Shown here: positions 1-9,611 of the stretch, one piece after another | How the letters are laid out: the number at the start of each line of letters is the position of its first letter | How positions within the stretch are numbered: the stretch's first letter is position 1 | Assembly (NCBI RefSeq): GCF_036323395.1 | Contig: NZ_AP028907.1 | Span: 1,230,001 to 1,262,000, forward strand | Origin: Pyrodictium abyssi | Lineage (GTDB): Archaea > Thermoproteota > Thermoprotei_A > Sulfolobales > Pyrodictiaceae | Reading direction: 5' to 3' | DNA length: 32,000 nucleotides | The notes under the pieces: model-generated | What the model was told of the DNA's origin: nothing | Seen by the model: the letters and a program-made list of their open reading frames with translations, nothing else | Database searches by the model: none | Position numbers and translations under genes: made by a program

Positions 1-270
1 GCTCCACTTCTCCACTCTGCTGAGGAGCTGTAGCAGCTTCTCCTCAGCCTCCCTGTACCGGCCTCTCCTCTCGAGGCCCCAGACTATGCGCCTGAGCAGC
101 CACGCCGTGATCAGCATCCTTAGCTTCGCGAGGAGCCGGGGCAACAGCTACCCCGAGAGAGACAGCTACAGAACAACCCAGTATTTCTATCCAGGGGGCT
201 ACGCTCTCCGCCGACCGCGGAAAGGCCCGGGGCAGACGGGGCGGAAAACAACGGGCGGCGCTGGTGTGTT

Positions 271-1818
271 TTAGCCTAGGTACTCGTGGAGCTTGCCGGG
301 GAGCTCCAGGTACTTCCACTCGAGGTACTCTACTAGGGCTCTTGCTGAGGGCTGCTCGCCTAGGCTCCGCTCGACTAGCTCCTTTGGCGGGAAGGTGGCG
401 CCCCAGCGGTGTATCCTCTCCCTCAGCCACTCGCGTAGCCTCGCCAGGTCGAGGCCTGCTAGTAGCTCTGGGTTGTCGCTCCATATCCGCCTCCATATCA
501 TGGCCGCTACTACGTTGCCTAGGGTGTATGTCGGGAAGTAGCCGAAGCTGCCGTGGCTCCAGTGTATGTCCTGTAGCACGCCCTCCCGTGGGCTGGGCGG
601 CCGGATGCCGAGCAGCTCCTCCATCATCGTGTCCCAGGCCTCGGGGAGCTCGTCGACCGTCATGCTGCCCTCTATCAGCTTCTTCTCGAGTGTGTAGCGT
701 AGGTATATGTGGAGGTTGTAGGTGACCTCGTCGGCGTCTACCCTTATGAGGTCTGGGCGGACCGTGTTGACGTAGCGGTACAGCTCCTCGGGCGCAGCGT
801 CTACGCCCATGTACTCTCTGAGCCTCTCGCTGAGGAGCCTCATGAACCAGGGGCCGCGGCCCACTATGTTCTCCCAGAACCGCGACTGGCTCTCGTGTAC
901 GCCCATGCTGGCGCCGCCGGCTATCGGGGTGCGGGCTAGCGCCCGGTCTATCTGGAGATGGTAGAGTGCGTGGCCGTACTCGTGTACTAGGCTGTAGACC
1001 GCCCTCTTTATGTCGTGGCCCTCGTACCTCACTGTTATCCTCACATCGTCTATGCCTAGATCCATGGTGAACGGGTGGGCTGACTCGTCGAGCCTGCCGC
1101 GGCTCCAGGGCCAGTCTAGGTCGTCGAGGAGCCTCTTCATCAGCGCCCTGGCCTTGTCCACGTCGTAGCTCTCGTCCTCTAGGGGGTGGCGCTGGGGGTA
1201 GAAGCCGCCGGAGAGCACCCTGTCGAGTACGCGGCGGGTTGCCGGCACTAGCTCGGAGAAGAGCGCGTCTAGGTCGCGGACCCTTAGACCCTCCTCGTAG
1301 ATGTCTAGGAGCGCGTCGTAGGGGTGGTCTTCGTAGCCTAGCAGCTCGGCTTTCCGGCGCTGTATCTCGACTATCTCCTCGAGGTACGGCTTGAACAGCT
1401 TGAAGTCGGCCTTCCTCTTGGCCTCCCGCCAGACCACGGTGGCCTTGCTGGTTACCCGGGCCTCGCGGCGGGCTAGCTCCTCCGGTATCGCCTTGGCTAC
1501 GCGTACTTCGCGGCCTAGGACGCGGACTACGCCGCGCTCGTAGACGTTTAGGCTGTCGAGCTTCTCCTCGGCTTCGCGTAGGAGCTGGCCTAGCTCGGGG
1601 TCGAGTAGCAGCCGGTGGCGGAGCCCCTCTAGCTCCTCGGCTGCTGCTGAGCGGTCGCTTATGCCGTCGCGGGGCATGTAGGTCTCCAGGTCCCAGCCCA
1701 TGAGGGCTACCGCGTGGTCTAGGGCCCATAGCAGCCGGTACTTGGCGAGTATCTTCTTCACTGTCTCGTCGCGGAATGGGTTTTCAGCACGCTCGGTGGC
1801 TGTCATAGCGCTGTGCAT
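271..1818 (-). CDS. Carboxypeptidase Taq-type zinc metallopeptidase (MEROPS M32)
   Basis: Track ORF 271..1926. It carries the HEYGHALY (HExxH) zinc site, SAHPFT, and LQDIHWSHGSFGYFPTYTLG, all signature blocks of M32. The first 36 aa of the track ORF look non-native, so the start is placed at ATG 1818 (ATG 1806 is also possible), giving about 515 aa, typical for the family. Confidence 0.9.
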   Translation of the reverse strand: MHSAMTATERAENPFRDETVKKILAKYRLLWALDHAVALMGWDLETYMPRDGISDRSAAAEELEGLRHRLLLDPELGQLLREAEEKLDSLNVYERGVVRVLGREVRVAKAIPEELARREARVTSKATVVWREAKRKADFKLFKPYLEEIVEIQRRKAELLGYEDHPYDALLDIYEEGLRVRDLDALFSELVPATRRVLDRVLSGGFYPQRHPLEDESYDVDKARALMKRLLDDLDWPWSRGRLDESAHPFTMDLGIDDVRITVRYEGHDIKRAVYSLVHEYGHALYHLQIDRALARTPIAGGASMGVHESQSRFWENIVGRGPWFMRLLSERLREYMGVDAAPEELYRYVNTVRPDLIRVDADEVTYNLHIYLRYTLEKKLIEGSMTVDELPEAWDTMMEELLGIRPPSPREGVLQDIHWSHGSFGYFPTYTLGNVVAAMIWRRIWSDNPELLAGLDLARLREWLRERIHRWGATFPPKELVERSLGEQPSARALVEYLEWKYLELPGKLHEYLG

Positions 1819-1975
1819 CCCTCCAGAACCTGCTGCAGCAGGACGACGCTTCCACGTGGTGAGGGCTTGATGCCCCTCCTCCGGGATATTCCGCGTTTCG
1901 TCGCGCGGCTTGGCCAGGGGTAGCATAATTTAGGGGGAATACCGGGCTCGGCCTAGCACCGAGGCCTGGAGTGCC

Positions 1976-3325
1976 TTGCGTGGAAAGAAGCTATACCTCG
2001 TAGTAGCCCTGGCTGCTGTCGCAGCCCTAGTAGCCGGCTACGTCCTCTACAGCAAGACCGGAGGCAAAACCCTGGGAGCAGGAGCCGTCACCGCTCCCGC
2101 TGAGTGCGGCAGCGGACCCGCCGTACTCGTGGTCTACAAGAAGGGCCAGGAAGACCTAGCAATGCTCGTCGAGGAGCTCCTAAAGAGGCAGCTCGTGGAC
2201 CACCTGCCGCAGGGCACGAGGTTCTGCCGAGCCACCGCTGGGGATACCGGGCTCACAGGGCTACGGGTCTATCCGGCTATACTGGTGCGCGCTGAGAACG
2301 TCAGCGCAATGCTGTCCAGCGCGCTCCTCAACGAGACCGTGGGCGGCGAGTGGCGCCCGATGCGCTACGACTACACAGCCGCGTTCGAGACGCAGATAGC
2401 GCTACAGTTCGGCCTACCGCTCCCAGTCTACCAGTACAGGGCTAGGCTCCTCGTGGTCGAGGGCTCCACGCCGCTCGCCACAATAGACCAGGCAGCCCTT
2501 GAGCCTGGTAGCCGCATAATGGCGCTGCTCTCAGCCGTGTTCGTGGCCAACATAACCGGGGTGGAGTACACCAAGGAGCCGCCAGCGGGCGCTAACCCCT
2601 CCAGCTTGCCGGCAGCATACGCGGTGTCGAGCGATCCGCTGGACCAGGGTGTCCCAGGGGTACAGAGGCTCGGGGACAACGTCTACGCCTCGACAGACAT
2701 AGACCTGGCCGAGGTGTTCCTCCAGCTAGGCGTAGCCAAGGCGGTCGAGAAGACCGGGGCGCCGCCGGGCATAGAGGGGCACCCCGCGATAGGCAGCGGC
2801 AGGATGCACATAGCGATATACGAGGACTTCGCCTGCCCCTACTGCGCCGAGTTCTACAACAAGACCTTCCCAGCCATAAAGGAGATGATAGACAGCGGCC
2901 AGGTGACGTTCCACATAGTAGACCTCATAGTACACCTCAACGAGAACGTGACCAAGCTACACAAGCTGCTACTATGCTACTACAACGCCACCGGCGACCC
3001 AGGGGCATACCTCGATGAGGCCATCCGCATATACAGCGAGGTAGCCAAGCTCTACCGTGACGCCAACATAACCTCCACGGCGGAGTTCTACAACAGGATA
3101 GGGGCGATACTAGAGGAGGAGAAGGCAAGGCTCGGCGTAGACCCCGACTGCGAGGCAGCAGCACTAGTAGACAAGGCGACCCACGACGCAGCCCAGGCCG
3201 GGCTACGCGGCACCCCCAGCTTCGCCATATGGGTAGAGGGGAGCGACCGGGTGCTCTACATAACCGGGTACCGCGACGCCGAGTTCTTCAAACAGCTAGT
3301 AGAGTCCTTGCAGCAGCAGGGCTAG
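1976..3325 (+). CDS. Membrane-anchored DsbA-like thiol:disulfide oxidoreductase with a long unassigned N-terminal domain
   Basis: TTG start. The N-terminal signal-anchor is KKLYLVVALAAVAALVAGYVLY. The C-terminal thioredoxin fold has a CPYC active site (IAIYEDFACPYCAEFY) and a cis-Pro-type loop (LRGTPSFAIWVEG). About 260 aa between anchor and DsbA domain have no motif I recognise. Confidence 0.75.
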   Translation: MRGKKLYLVVALAAVAALVAGYVLYSKTGGKTLGAGAVTAPAECGSGPAVLVVYKKGQEDLAMLVEELLKRQLVDHLPQGTRFCRATAGDTGLTGLRVYPAILVRAENVSAMLSSALLNETVGGEWRPMRYDYTAAFETQIALQFGLPLPVYQYRARLLVVEGSTPLATIDQAALEPGSRIMALLSAVFVANITGVEYTKEPPAGANPSSLPAAYAVSSDPLDQGVPGVQRLGDNVYASTDIDLAEVFLQLGVAKAVEKTGAPPGIEGHPAIGSGRMHIAIYEDFACPYCAEFYNKTFPAIKEMIDSGQVTFHIVDLIVHLNENVTKLHKLLLCYYNATGDPGAYLDEAIRIYSEVAKLYRDANITSTAEFYNRIGAILEEEKARLGVDPDCEAAALVDKATHDAAQAGLRGTPSFAIWVEGSDRVLYITGYRDAEFFKQLVESLQQQG

Positions 3326-3535
3326 AAGCCCACAAGGTAGCCAGACGGCCCACGGCGGGAGCCCACGAGGACACTCTTTTAGCACTAAGAGACCAAGCCT
3401 ACCACTCTCCGCTATGCGCACAACATTCTTCCGCACACTTACCGTCCCGCGATCCACACCGTCCATAGCGATTACCGGCTCTTGCATGCTCCTTAGGGGG
3501 CCTCTTCACCAAGGCTACGGCCTGGCCCTGTATAG

Positions 3536-4528
3536 TTATGGGCTCTGCGTCGCTCCGGGCTTTGCCGTGTACGCTACCATGTACACCGTGCAGTAGAAGA
3601 GGATGAACTCTGCTAGTATGATGAGCGAGGTTGCCGGGGGCGGGTAGAAGGCGTCTGCCCCTAGGGCTCCGTGGGCCCGGTATTTGAGGTAGACTAGGGC
3701 GGTGTACTCTGCGTGTAGCCCGCCGAACCCGGGGACCGGGAACATGGCCCACGTCGCCAGCGCCGCGTAGGCCTGGAGAGCGTCTAGCCCCGGGAAAGCG
3801 AACGGCCCCAAGGCTAGATGTTCTGCTAGGATTCGTAGAAGCCCATGATGACCTATGATCGGCGCAGCGACCAGGAACCGGGCCGGGCTACCACGGAGCC
3901 GCTTCAGCACCACAACGGACGACAGGCCAGCACCTATGTAGAAGACCGGGACCAGTGGGGCGGGGACCTCGCCGCCACCCACAGCGACGACATAGACTAT
4001 GAGGCCTGCCGCCAGCATCGGTATACCCGCGGCAGCGTAGACTATGAGCAGTATCCAGTAGAGCAGCGGGTCCACACTGCGCAGCTTTACCCTGCCCAGT
4101 AGGGGCTCCCACGCCTTCACCGCTAGAGCAGCATAGACTAGGTAGAACACGGGGTAGAGGAAGAGGATGTAGAGTAGGCCTAGCAGCCTAGGCACCTCTC
4201 CGGGAGGATACACCTCGGAGAAGACATCCACGCCTAGCCCGCAGGCCGCCCAGTCTGCGAGGAAGTAGGCGTAGAGAAGCAGGAAGCGTCTCCGCTGCAG
4301 CAGCCACGGGCGCAGAGCCGCCAAGACAAAGAACACGACACCGACAAAGTGGAAGCCCCAAGGAAGATACGGTAGAAGCATAGCATAGCCACTCTCCAGG
4401 CCGTACATCCCAGCGAGGTACACTATGAACCGGTGCTCAAGGACAATAGCCACAACCATACCACAAGCTACAAGGAGCGAGAAGAGGCGTAGAGCACTGT
4501 AGCCGCTCGCATCTCTATCTCCGCTCAT
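3536..4528 (-). CDS. Polytopic integral membrane protein, function unknown
   Basis: 330-aa ORF with roughly 8-9 hydrophobic helices (e.g. LFSLLVACGMVVAIVL, FHFVGVVFFVLAAL, LLYWILLIVYAAAGIPMLAAGLIVYVVAV). No CxxC or other catalytic motif. Convergent with the DsbA-like gene. Confidence 0.6.
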   Translation of the reverse strand: MSGDRDASGYSALRLFSLLVACGMVVAIVLEHRFIVYLAGMYGLESGYAMLLPYLPWGFHFVGVVFFVLAALRPWLLQRRRFLLLYAYFLADWAACGLGVDVFSEVYPPGEVPRLLGLLYILFLYPVFYLVYAALAVKAWEPLLGRVKLRSVDPLLYWILLIVYAAAGIPMLAAGLIVYVVAVGGGEVPAPLVPVFYIGAGLSSVVVLKRLRGSPARFLVAAPIIGHHGLLRILAEHLALGPFAFPGLDALQAYAALATWAMFPVPGFGGLHAEYTALVYLKYRAHGALGADAFYPPPATSLIILAEFILFYCTVYMVAYTAKPGATQSP

Positions 4529-4913
4529 TCACGGTCACCATAACAAGTGGGCGGGCCCTCCGCCTGCACCCCGTAGCCATCCCAGATGGCTGCATCCAGA
4601 CATATAGTAGTTCTTAGCACCGAACTAGAAGGACCCATAGAGAGCTGCGCCCAAGAGTCTACAGCACCTTTGCACGTAGCGCCCCCGGCCCAGGAGCTTG
4701 GCCCTTGGCAGGGGGTCGCTGGGAGCCCATGACATGTGCAGCCGCTTTTGGCACAGGCTATGGACAGCAGGGCCCTGCTCCTGCCGCTCAGCAGCTCGGC
4801 GTGGCCTAGCCCTCGAGCTGTAGGGCGTACAGCCCTAGAGTTGCCCTTCCGTCCGCCCTTGTCTAGTGAGGCGCACGCCAGCGCGTCTGCTATGATGTAG
4901 TTTATGTGTCCTC

Positions 4914-5954
4914 GTGCATCCTCTTAGGCTGTGGGGCTCTAGCGTGGTAGTCAGGTTCGTGGACCGTGTTGCCGAGCTATCCGTCCTCCAGGGGTTTGCT
5001 GAGCGCGGTGCTGGTGTGCCCATCTACCTCTACGGCCCAGAGGGCTGTGGCAAGACGCGGCTGCTGCGTGAGCTTGTCTCGAGGCTAGAGGGGGCGCGGG
5101 ACTACCTCGTAGTCTATGTTGACGCCCTGGAGGAGAGGGACCCTGGCAGGGCTGTCCGGGGCTCGGAGGAGCTGCGGCGCCTACTGCTCGACGCAGTCCG
5201 CGGTGCCGCCGGGGGCCCGCTTGGCGTGCTCCTGGCCTACGCTGTTACCCGCGTCGTGTCTAGCCTTGAGCGGCGGCTCGTCGAGGGCAGACACGTAGTC
5301 GTCATAGTGGATGACGTGGCCCGGCCGCTGGGCCTCGAGAGGCTCGAGGCTTATGTGAAGAGCCTTCTCCGGCTAGTAGAGTACGACCTAGCCGAGCTGT
5401 ATCCCGCCTCGGTGCTAGTCGTAGCCTCTACGAGCGAGGGGCTAAGCCTGGAGAGGCTACGGCGCCACCCTACGTGGGTTTCGCTACGGCTTCTCTGGGG
5501 CCTGCCCCGCAGTGCTTTCCACGAGCTCGCCACGGGCCTCGGGGCCCCGGATACGGGTGTTGCCGAGGAGGCGTGGAGGCTTACTGGGGGCAACCCCCGG
5601 GCCCTAATACAGATAGCTACGGTCTACATGTGGGACATCGACGCCTGGCTGAGGGGCCTCGACGCCAGCCTAGCCGCGCCCCTGGTAGCAGAGGCGAGGG
5701 CACGTGGGCTGCTGCACGCCCTCCAGCGGGTAGTCGCGGACCCAGACAGCATAGTAGCCGAGGCGGACCCGGCTCTCCAGCAGGTGGCCCGGCTCCTTCT
5801 CAAGAACAACCTCATCGTGTACAAGGCGGTAGCAACGCTGACGGGGGAAACCATACCGGCTGACCCCGGGCTGGGGATTGGCAGCTACTACGCGTGGCAG
5901 CTACCGGCGTACCGCGAGCTGTTGAGGAGGCGGCTCGGGGAAGCCGGGGGCTAG
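4914..5954 (+). CDS. Archaeal P-loop NTPase (Arch_ATPase-like), paralogue A
   Basis: FVDRVAEL N-terminal block, Walker A YGPEGCGKTRLL, Walker B HVVVIVDDV. About 45% identical by eye to ORF 29866..30879. GTG start at 4914, though GTG 4944 just before FVDR is equally plausible. Its TAG stop overlaps the purM stop in the palindrome CTAG (5951-5954). Confidence 0.75.
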   Translation: MHPLRLWGSSVVVRFVDRVAELSVLQGFAERGAGVPIYLYGPEGCGKTRLLRELVSRLEGARDYLVVYVDALEERDPGRAVRGSEELRRLLLDAVRGAAGGPLGVLLAYAVTRVVSSLERRLVEGRHVVVIVDDVARPLGLERLEAYVKSLLRLVEYDLAELYPASVLVVASTSEGLSLERLRRHPTWVSLRLLWGLPRSAFHELATGLGAPDTGVAEEAWRLTGGNPRALIQIATVYMWDIDAWLRGLDASLAAPLVAEARARGLLHALQRVVADPDSIVAEADPALQQVARLLLKNNLIVYKAVATLTGETIPADPGLGIGSYYAWQLPAYRELLRRRLGEAGG

Positions 5955-7012
5955 TACGTTATGCGGCCGTAAACCGTGTCAAGTATTATCCTCGGCTCGG
6001 CGGCCCCGGCTTGCTCGACCCTGCCGAGCACGTGAGCCCGGTGGCCGTGCCGCTTGGCTAGGCTGAGTAGCTCGTCTAGGCTGTCCCTGGGCGTTGCTAC
6101 TACTAGTCCTACACCCATGTTCCATACCCGGTAGGCCTCGCTGGGCTCCACGCCGCCGGCCTCCACTAGGACCTGGAACACCCGTGGCGGCTCCGGCATC
6201 TCCATCACTGCTGCCGCGCCCTGCGGGAGGATGCGCCGCATCTTTGTGAAGGCCCCGCCGGTGATGTGGGCGGCCGCGGTAAGCAAGCCCCGGCTCCAGG
6301 CCTCGAGGAGGAACCCTGTGTAGTCCCTCACGGGCTTGGCCAGCTCCTCGGCGAGGTCCAGGCCGTCTACCACCACGTTGTAGCCGCCTAGCCGCTCCAG
6401 GGCTATCCTCCTAGCCAGGCTATAGCCGTTGGCGTGCAGCCCGTTGCTCTCGAGGCCTACCAGCACGTCGCCTGGGCGGACGCGGTTGCCCCGCCAGCCT
6501 GGCTCGCGCAGGGCGAGGACCGTGCAGACTACGTCTACTCCCTGGGCGAGGCCTGGGAGTATCGCTGTCTCCCCGCCGAGGAGCAGAGCGCCGGTTGCCT
6601 CTGCAGCCTCCCTGACGCCTTCGAGTATCTCGCGGAACACATGCTCGTCGGCCCGCGGCATGGCTATGTAGTCTACAAGGGCTACCGGGCGAGCCGCGTC
6701 GCACGCGACATCGTTCGTGTTCATCACCACGCAGTCCCAGCCGGCTACGCGCAGCCTTCCGAGCCTCTCCAGCACGAGCGTCTTGGTGCCGACACCGTCC
6801 ACGTGGAGTACTAGCTCCCGCCCGTGCAGCTCTATGGACGACGTGTATGCCTCTCGGCGGCCGGCTAGCAGCCTGGATGCCAGGCCGTGGAGCACCTCGC
6901 TAGCGTCGAGGTCCACCCCGGCGTCCCGGTAGCTCAGACCCCTCCCGGTACCACTACTGTCCCGGGGCAAGGGCGGCCCATACCCCGCGAGACGCCAGTG
7001 CCAGGCAAGCAA
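5951..7012 (-). CDS. purM: Phosphoribosylformylglycinamidine cyclo-ligase (AIR synthetase)
   Basis: LSYRDAGVDLD N-terminal block, HVDGVGTKT, LLGGETA and NGYSL blocks typical of PurM. TTG start at 7012; the in-frame TTG at 6970 would give a more canonical N-terminus. Confidence 0.9.
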   Translation of the reverse strand: MLAWHWRLAGYGPPLPRDSSGTGRGLSYRDAGVDLDASEVLHGLASRLLAGRREAYTSSIELHGRELVLHVDGVGTKTLVLERLGRLRVAGWDCVVMNTNDVACDAARPVALVDYIAMPRADEHVFREILEGVREAAEATGALLLGGETAILPGLAQGVDVVCTVLALREPGWRGNRVRPGDVLVGLESNGLHANGYSLARRIALERLGGYNVVVDGLDLAEELAKPVRDYTGFLLEAWSRGLLTAAAHITGGAFTKMRRILPQGAAAVMEMPEPPRVFQVLVEAGGVEPSEAYRVWNMGVGLVVATPRDSLDELLSLAKRHGHRAHVLGRVEQAGAAEPRIILDTVYGRITY

Positions 7013-7064
7013 TAAGGGCTATCCCCGCTGCGCAGCAGGACTCCCAGGCCCGGGAAGACCAGGG

Positions 7065-8243
7065 ATGCACTCTACGGGGACGGGGGTCCTGCGCCGCTGC
7101 AGCCTCTGTGGCAGGGAGGCCCTCGTCTCGACCTCCATCGGTGTATGCGCCCGGTGTCTCCGCGAGAGGCCCCAGGAGGCGCTAGCGCTCGTCCGCCGGA
7201 GGCGCATGGAGTGGCGGGCCCGCTACGGGCTCCCGCCAGCTCCGCCCCGCGACCCGGAGGGGGTCCCGTGTAGGCTCTGCGTGAACGAGTGCCAGATCCC
7301 CCGCGGGGGACGAGGCTACTGCGGGGTATGGGCCAACAGAGATGGGCGCTTGGAGCCACTGGCGGGGCGTGGCCGGCTCCTAGTGTTCACGTACCTCGAC
7401 CCGCACCCTACGAACTGCGTGGCTGAGCCGGTGTGCCCCGCGGCGACGAGCCGCGGCTACCCGCGCTACACGTTCACCCGTGGCGTCGAGAAAGGGTTCT
7501 ACAACCTCGCCGTGTTCGCGGGCGGGTGTCCGCTCGACTGCCTCTTCTGCCAGAACCCCGAGCACAAGGCCATGGTTGCCCGGGGCCGGCTCGAGCCCCG
7601 GTACGTGAGGAGCGTAGAGGACCTCGTGGAGGAGGCGCTGGACCCCAGGGTGACATGTATATGCTTCTTCGGCGGCGACCCAACGCCGCAGATGCCCGTG
7701 CTGATAGAGGCCTCGCGAAGAGCGCTCCAGCGGGCTAGGGGCCGCGGGCTGCCCCTAAGGGTGTGCTGGGAGACCGACGGCCTGGCCAACCCGGCTGTGT
7801 TCCGCGAGGCTGCCCGGCTCAGTCTCGAGAGCGGCGGAGTAGTGAAGATCGACTGGAAGGCCTGGAGCCCCGGGGTATACGAGGCACTGACCGGCGTGGA
7901 CGGCCACCGGGCCCTAGAGAGGCTCCGCGAGAACACCAGGACCACCGCAGAGATGGCCGCCGGGAGGCCGGAGCCCCCGCTCCTCGTGGTGAGTATGCTC
8001 CTCGTCCCGGGCTACGTCGACGCTGAGGAGGTCAGGGGCGTGGCAGGCTACATAGCGGGCCTCATGGAGGAGTATGGCGTGAACATCCCCATGGTGCTGC
8101 TGGCCTTCCACCCGGACCACCGGATGCTGGACCTCCCGCCTACGAGCCGCCGCCACGCCCTAGAGGCCAAGAGGGCAGCACTAGAGGCCGGCGTACGAGA
8201 AGTCTACCTGGGCAACACATGGCTCCTCGGAGACCACTACTAG
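7065..8243 (+). CDS. Radical SAM enzyme of the PflA/PflX/AmmeMemoRadiSam-like activase group, with N-terminal zinc ribbon
   Basis: CxxxCxxC radical-SAM cluster in GGCPLDCLFCQNPEH. An upstream Cys cluster CRLCVNECQIPRGGRGYCGVW resembles the N-terminal cluster of activase-like radical SAM proteins. An extra CSLCGRE...CARCLRE ribbon sits at the N-terminus. Confidence 0.85.
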   Translation: MHSTGTGVLRRCSLCGREALVSTSIGVCARCLRERPQEALALVRRRRMEWRARYGLPPAPPRDPEGVPCRLCVNECQIPRGGRGYCGVWANRDGRLEPLAGRGRLLVFTYLDPHPTNCVAEPVCPAATSRGYPRYTFTRGVEKGFYNLAVFAGGCPLDCLFCQNPEHKAMVARGRLEPRYVRSVEDLVEEALDPRVTCICFFGGDPTPQMPVLIEASRRALQRARGRGLPLRVCWETDGLANPAVFREAARLSLESGGVVKIDWKAWSPGVYEALTGVDGHRALERLRENTRTTAEMAAGRPEPPLLVVSMLLVPGYVDAEEVRGVAGYIAGLMEEYGVNIPMVLLAFHPDHRMLDLPPTSRRHALEAKRAALEAGVREVYLGNTWLLGDHY

Positions 8244-8261
8244 GCTCCGCCCCGGAAGGCC

Positions 8262-8696
8262 CTAGGGGTCTAGCCCCTTCTCCTCCATGTAGCCTAGGAG
8301 CCTGCTGAGCAGCCTTCGGGCGTCGCTGCGGAGCCTCCGAGCATGCTCTAGCAGAAGCTCGTAGTCTATATCGGCGTATACATGCACTATCACGTTGCGT
8401 AGGCGGGCAAGCTGCGCTAGTAGCTCGCCCTCGCCACGGCTTAGCACCCCGTGGCGGGCGAGTACAGCGCCCACCTCGCTGTAGCTGCCCGGAGGCTCCC
8501 AGCCCATAACGGAGACTATGTAGCACCCGATATCCAGCAGCCCCTGAATAACCACCTCGACCTCGCGCTCCAGCAGAGGAGCCAAGTCCCTCTCCATAAG
8601 CTCCTCAAGGCCCATCTCGGCTACACGGTCGAGCCGCTCGATAGCCTTCAGGATTCTATCCACTCTACGTGCAACACCAGGCCTCAACCCGGCCAC
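8262..8696 (-). CDS. hepT: HepT (DUF86, HEPN-fold) RNase toxin
   Basis: 144 aa. The Rx4HxY HEPN motif is present as RNVIVHVY. It lies 27 nt downstream of a minimal nucleotidyltransferase gene. Confidence 0.85.
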   Translation of the reverse strand: MAGLRPGVARRVDRILKAIERLDRVAEMGLEELMERDLAPLLEREVEVVIQGLLDIGCYIVSVMGWEPPGSYSEVGAVLARHGVLSRGEGELLAQLARLRNVIVHVYADIDYELLLEHARRLRSDARRLLSRLLGYMEEKGLDP

Positions 8697-8723
8697 GCAC
8701 CCGCCAGAGAAGGCTACCAGCTA

Positions 8724-9122
8724 CTAGACTGCGAGCACGCGGCGGCGATAGGACCGGTGCATCTCCTCATAAGCTTCCCGGTAGTCCAGCCACTCTACTA
8801 GAGCCCTCCACCGGTCCTCCACAAAAGCCTGGTAGTCGCCACCCACAAAGGCACCCCTCACAAGCGCCTCGTAGAGCAGCGGCAGACTAGCTCTTTCAAC
8901 CAATACCACCTCCACACGCCTACCTGTTTCAGCCTCGACAGCCTCTGCTAGCCTACCAGCCTCCACCGGAGAAAAGCCGCGGACAGCAAGATCCACGTCA
9001 CTAAGCCCACTACACCGCCCTTCAGCAGCACTACCGAACACCACGACATAGCCACCAGGCCCTAGCCCAAACCCCTCTACAACACGCCTAACCACCCGGA
9101 GAAGCTTCCTACAGCCAACCAT
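8724..9122 (-). CDS. mntA: MNT minimal nucleotidyltransferase antitoxin
   Basis: The GSx(n)DxD motif is present as VVVFGSAAEGRCSGLSDVDLAV. The track ORF runs to 9386, but its upstream 88 aa are Cys/Gly/Arg-rich and non-native. The start is therefore placed at ATG 9122 (132 aa, normal for MNT). Confidence 0.8.
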   Translation of the reverse strand: MVGCRKLLRVVRRVVEGFGLGPGGYVVVFGSAAEGRCSGLSDVDLAVRGFSPVEAGRLAEAVEAETGRRVEVVLVERASLPLLYEALVRGAFVGGDYQAFVEDRWRALVEWLDYREAYEEMHRSYRRRVLAV

Positions 9123-9611
9123 CCTGCCACCACACAGCAGGCCAGGAGCCCTACGACCACAGCGTACCAGGTGCCCTCCACAGCCTATAAGCACAAAGCC
9201 CCGAGCACCACGAATAGCCATCAGTCCTCCGAACTCCTCGCCGATACCCTTGGCGCCACGCAGCAGCCTAGACACCGCCTCCTCGCGGAGATGCAGCAGT
9301 AAGACGCCCCAGAGCCCCTCTCTCGGAGACCCGGATAAAGTGCAAGACGATATATAGAAGAACGTGCAGATAAAGCTTGCCAGCAAGGAGAGATATCTAT
9401 AAGGTAGACGGTATGTATCAATCTACACGGTGAAGATTCCTAGTGAGATTTATTTAGTCCACCTTTCCCCGATATAGACGTCTACTTAATCTTCCTACTT
9501 GCAACAATCACTACAATTATAGCAGGTAATATCCTTCACCTGCAAAAGAGGAGGCAACAGCAACTCCTTTGGATAGAAGCCATGCACAAATGAATCTCGT
9601 CATACCTGCAA

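Noticed and set aside
1-144. Minus-strand frame open to the window edge, from TTG 144 or ATG 117 (MLITAWLLRRIVWGLERRGRYREAEEKLLQLLSRVEKWS...)
   Set aside because: Only about 40 codons are visible and there is no motif. It may be the 5' end of a real gene, but this window cannot support that.
44-1729. 561-aa ORF on the minus strand, the longest in the first 2 kb
   Set aside because: It is extremely Arg/Pro/Gly/Ala-rich with no motifs. It lies out of frame over the well-supported M32 carboxypeptidase gene on the same strand. This is a typical shadow ORF of high-GC DNA.
9123-9386. 88-aa N-terminal extension of the MNT ORF
   Set aside because: The extension (MLASFICTFFYISSCTLSG...CGGHLVRCGRR) has no counterpart in MNT proteins and would double the usual size. 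The frame is open only by chance in GC-rich DNA.
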